Assembly (NCBI RefSeq): GCF_035084215.1
Contig: NC_090351.1
Coordinates: 33,852,001-33,916,000 of the forward strand
DNA from: Heptranchias perlo
Taxonomy: Eukaryota
DNA: 64,000 nt
Direction of reading: 5' to 3'
A program made the translations under genes and the position numbers. Of the stretch, positions 62,791 to 64,000 are shown in pieces. Below the pieces are notes generated by a model. The model had not been told where the DNA came from. It searched no databases and saw nothing but the letters and a program-made list of their open reading frames with translations. Within the stretch, counting starts at the first letter, position 1. Every line of letters starts with the position of its first letter.

Positions 62791-64000
62791 GGGCCCGATA
62801 TTACCAGGGCGGCGGGGGGGGCGGGGTAACGCGCCCGGTGAAATCAGTCTGCCCCAAACGCAATCGCAGGCTAATTGGATCCACTTACCTCTTGTTCCGG
62901 GTTCCCCGCTGCTGAGCTGCGCGGCGGGCAGACTGCGCATGCGCAGTAAGGTCTGTCAGCTGGAGGAGCCCTACTTAAAGGGGCAGTCCTCCACTGACTG
63001 TTGCTGCAAGAAATAGGAAAAATTACAGCATGGAGCAGACAGGGGGAAGGCTGCTCCCAGGTTTAATGATGCCTCACTCCAGGTATCATTGGATGGGGTG
63101 AGGAGGAGGGGGAGGACAGAGACCTTCCCCCCGGCGGGCGGGAGGAAGGGGCCTGCCTCTGCCACCAAGAATGCCTGGCTCGAGATGGCAGAGGAGGTCA
63201 CCTGCACCACCAACATATCACGGACCTGCATACAGTGCAGGAGGCGCTGCAATCACCTAAGTAGGTCAGCCAAAGTGAGTACACTTACTCTTTCTCCTAC
63301 ACTCCATCTGCCACATCACCGCCCCCACCCCACATCTCCTTCTGCACTGCCAACACTACTCTGTCACATCACCCCTCACACCCACTCAAACCTCATCCTC
63401 ATCTTACCTGCACTTACTCACCTCGCCAGTACTCATCCCGCCACTACCACTCAACCCAATCCTCATACAATCTCATGGCTCTATCTCATACTCACCCTCT
63501 CGTGCATCTCTTTCACGGCCAGCCTCGCTCAACCTGCCACTACCTGTGCTGCAGCCACCGGGCATGCATCACATATGTGCAGTAGGAAGCGTAAGGCAAA
63601 CATGTCGTGAGCATGAAGGGGATGCACAAGGGTGTTTGAGGGTTTGTCATGGTTTTTACTTATATTTAATTTCTGACCAACTCACATTACATATTATATT
63701 GGCACCACTACTGCCATGTCTTTGCGAATCTTGTCTGGTTTGTGCACTAATGCCCTTTCCTGAGGATCACAATGAAGACCCACAACTGATGCCACCCCTT
63801 GTGTCACTGCAGAGTGGGTGTAGGTGTATTTGCAGGGCTGTTTTGTGCAGGCGACTGAGAGACGTCGGCGATGTCCCCGGTGGCACCCTGGAAGGATGCG
63901 GAGGAGAAGTTGTTGAGGGCAGTGGTGACTTTGACAGGTAAGAAGATGGTGCTCGGGCCAGCCGGGAGCAGCTCCGTGTGAACTGCTGCTCAGAGTGGTC
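62791..64000. mobile_element. PIF/Harbinger DNA transposon derivative (runs off window)
   Basis: Plus strand Myb/SANT exon ~63030-63274 (APRFNDASL..AWLEMAEEV..RTCIQCRRR..LSRSAK|gtgagt, frameshift near the ATG). Minus strand HARBI1-like fragment ~63804-63975 (LPVKVTTALNNFSSASFQGATGDIADVSQS). Starts GGGCCCGATATT. Confidence 0.75.

Overview
This is vertebrate genomic DNA. The SINE, LINE and Harbinger content suggests a cartilaginous fish (inference). The window holds a minus-strand tandem cluster of Ig-superfamily immune-type receptor genes. Each has a leader, a CD300/pIgR-like V domain, an FcR-like C2 domain, an S/T-rich stalk, a TM segment with a conserved Arg, and a very short ITIM-less tail, the layout of an adaptor-coupled activating receptor (MDIR/CMRF35-like). 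Genes A (75-8690) and B (14960-23478) sit in near-identical ~14.8-kb tandem units. Gene C (29749-44098) is a predicted 4-domain V-C2-V-C2 receptor created by a visible intronic fusion junction at ~38450. Its internal V exon has lost one splice acceptor and gained a Cys that could replace the lost stalk disulfide partner. Gene D (50842-59800, leader not found in the window) is a divergent paralogue with a 1-nt insertion that ends the protein right after the TM, plus a probable extra stalk exon. Introns and spacers carry tRNA-derived SINEs, L2/CR1 LINEs, Harbinger elements/MITEs, a solo LTR and a Penelope-type insertion with a minimal hammerhead ribozyme motif. All exon models are read from splice signals and frame; no transcript evidence was available.
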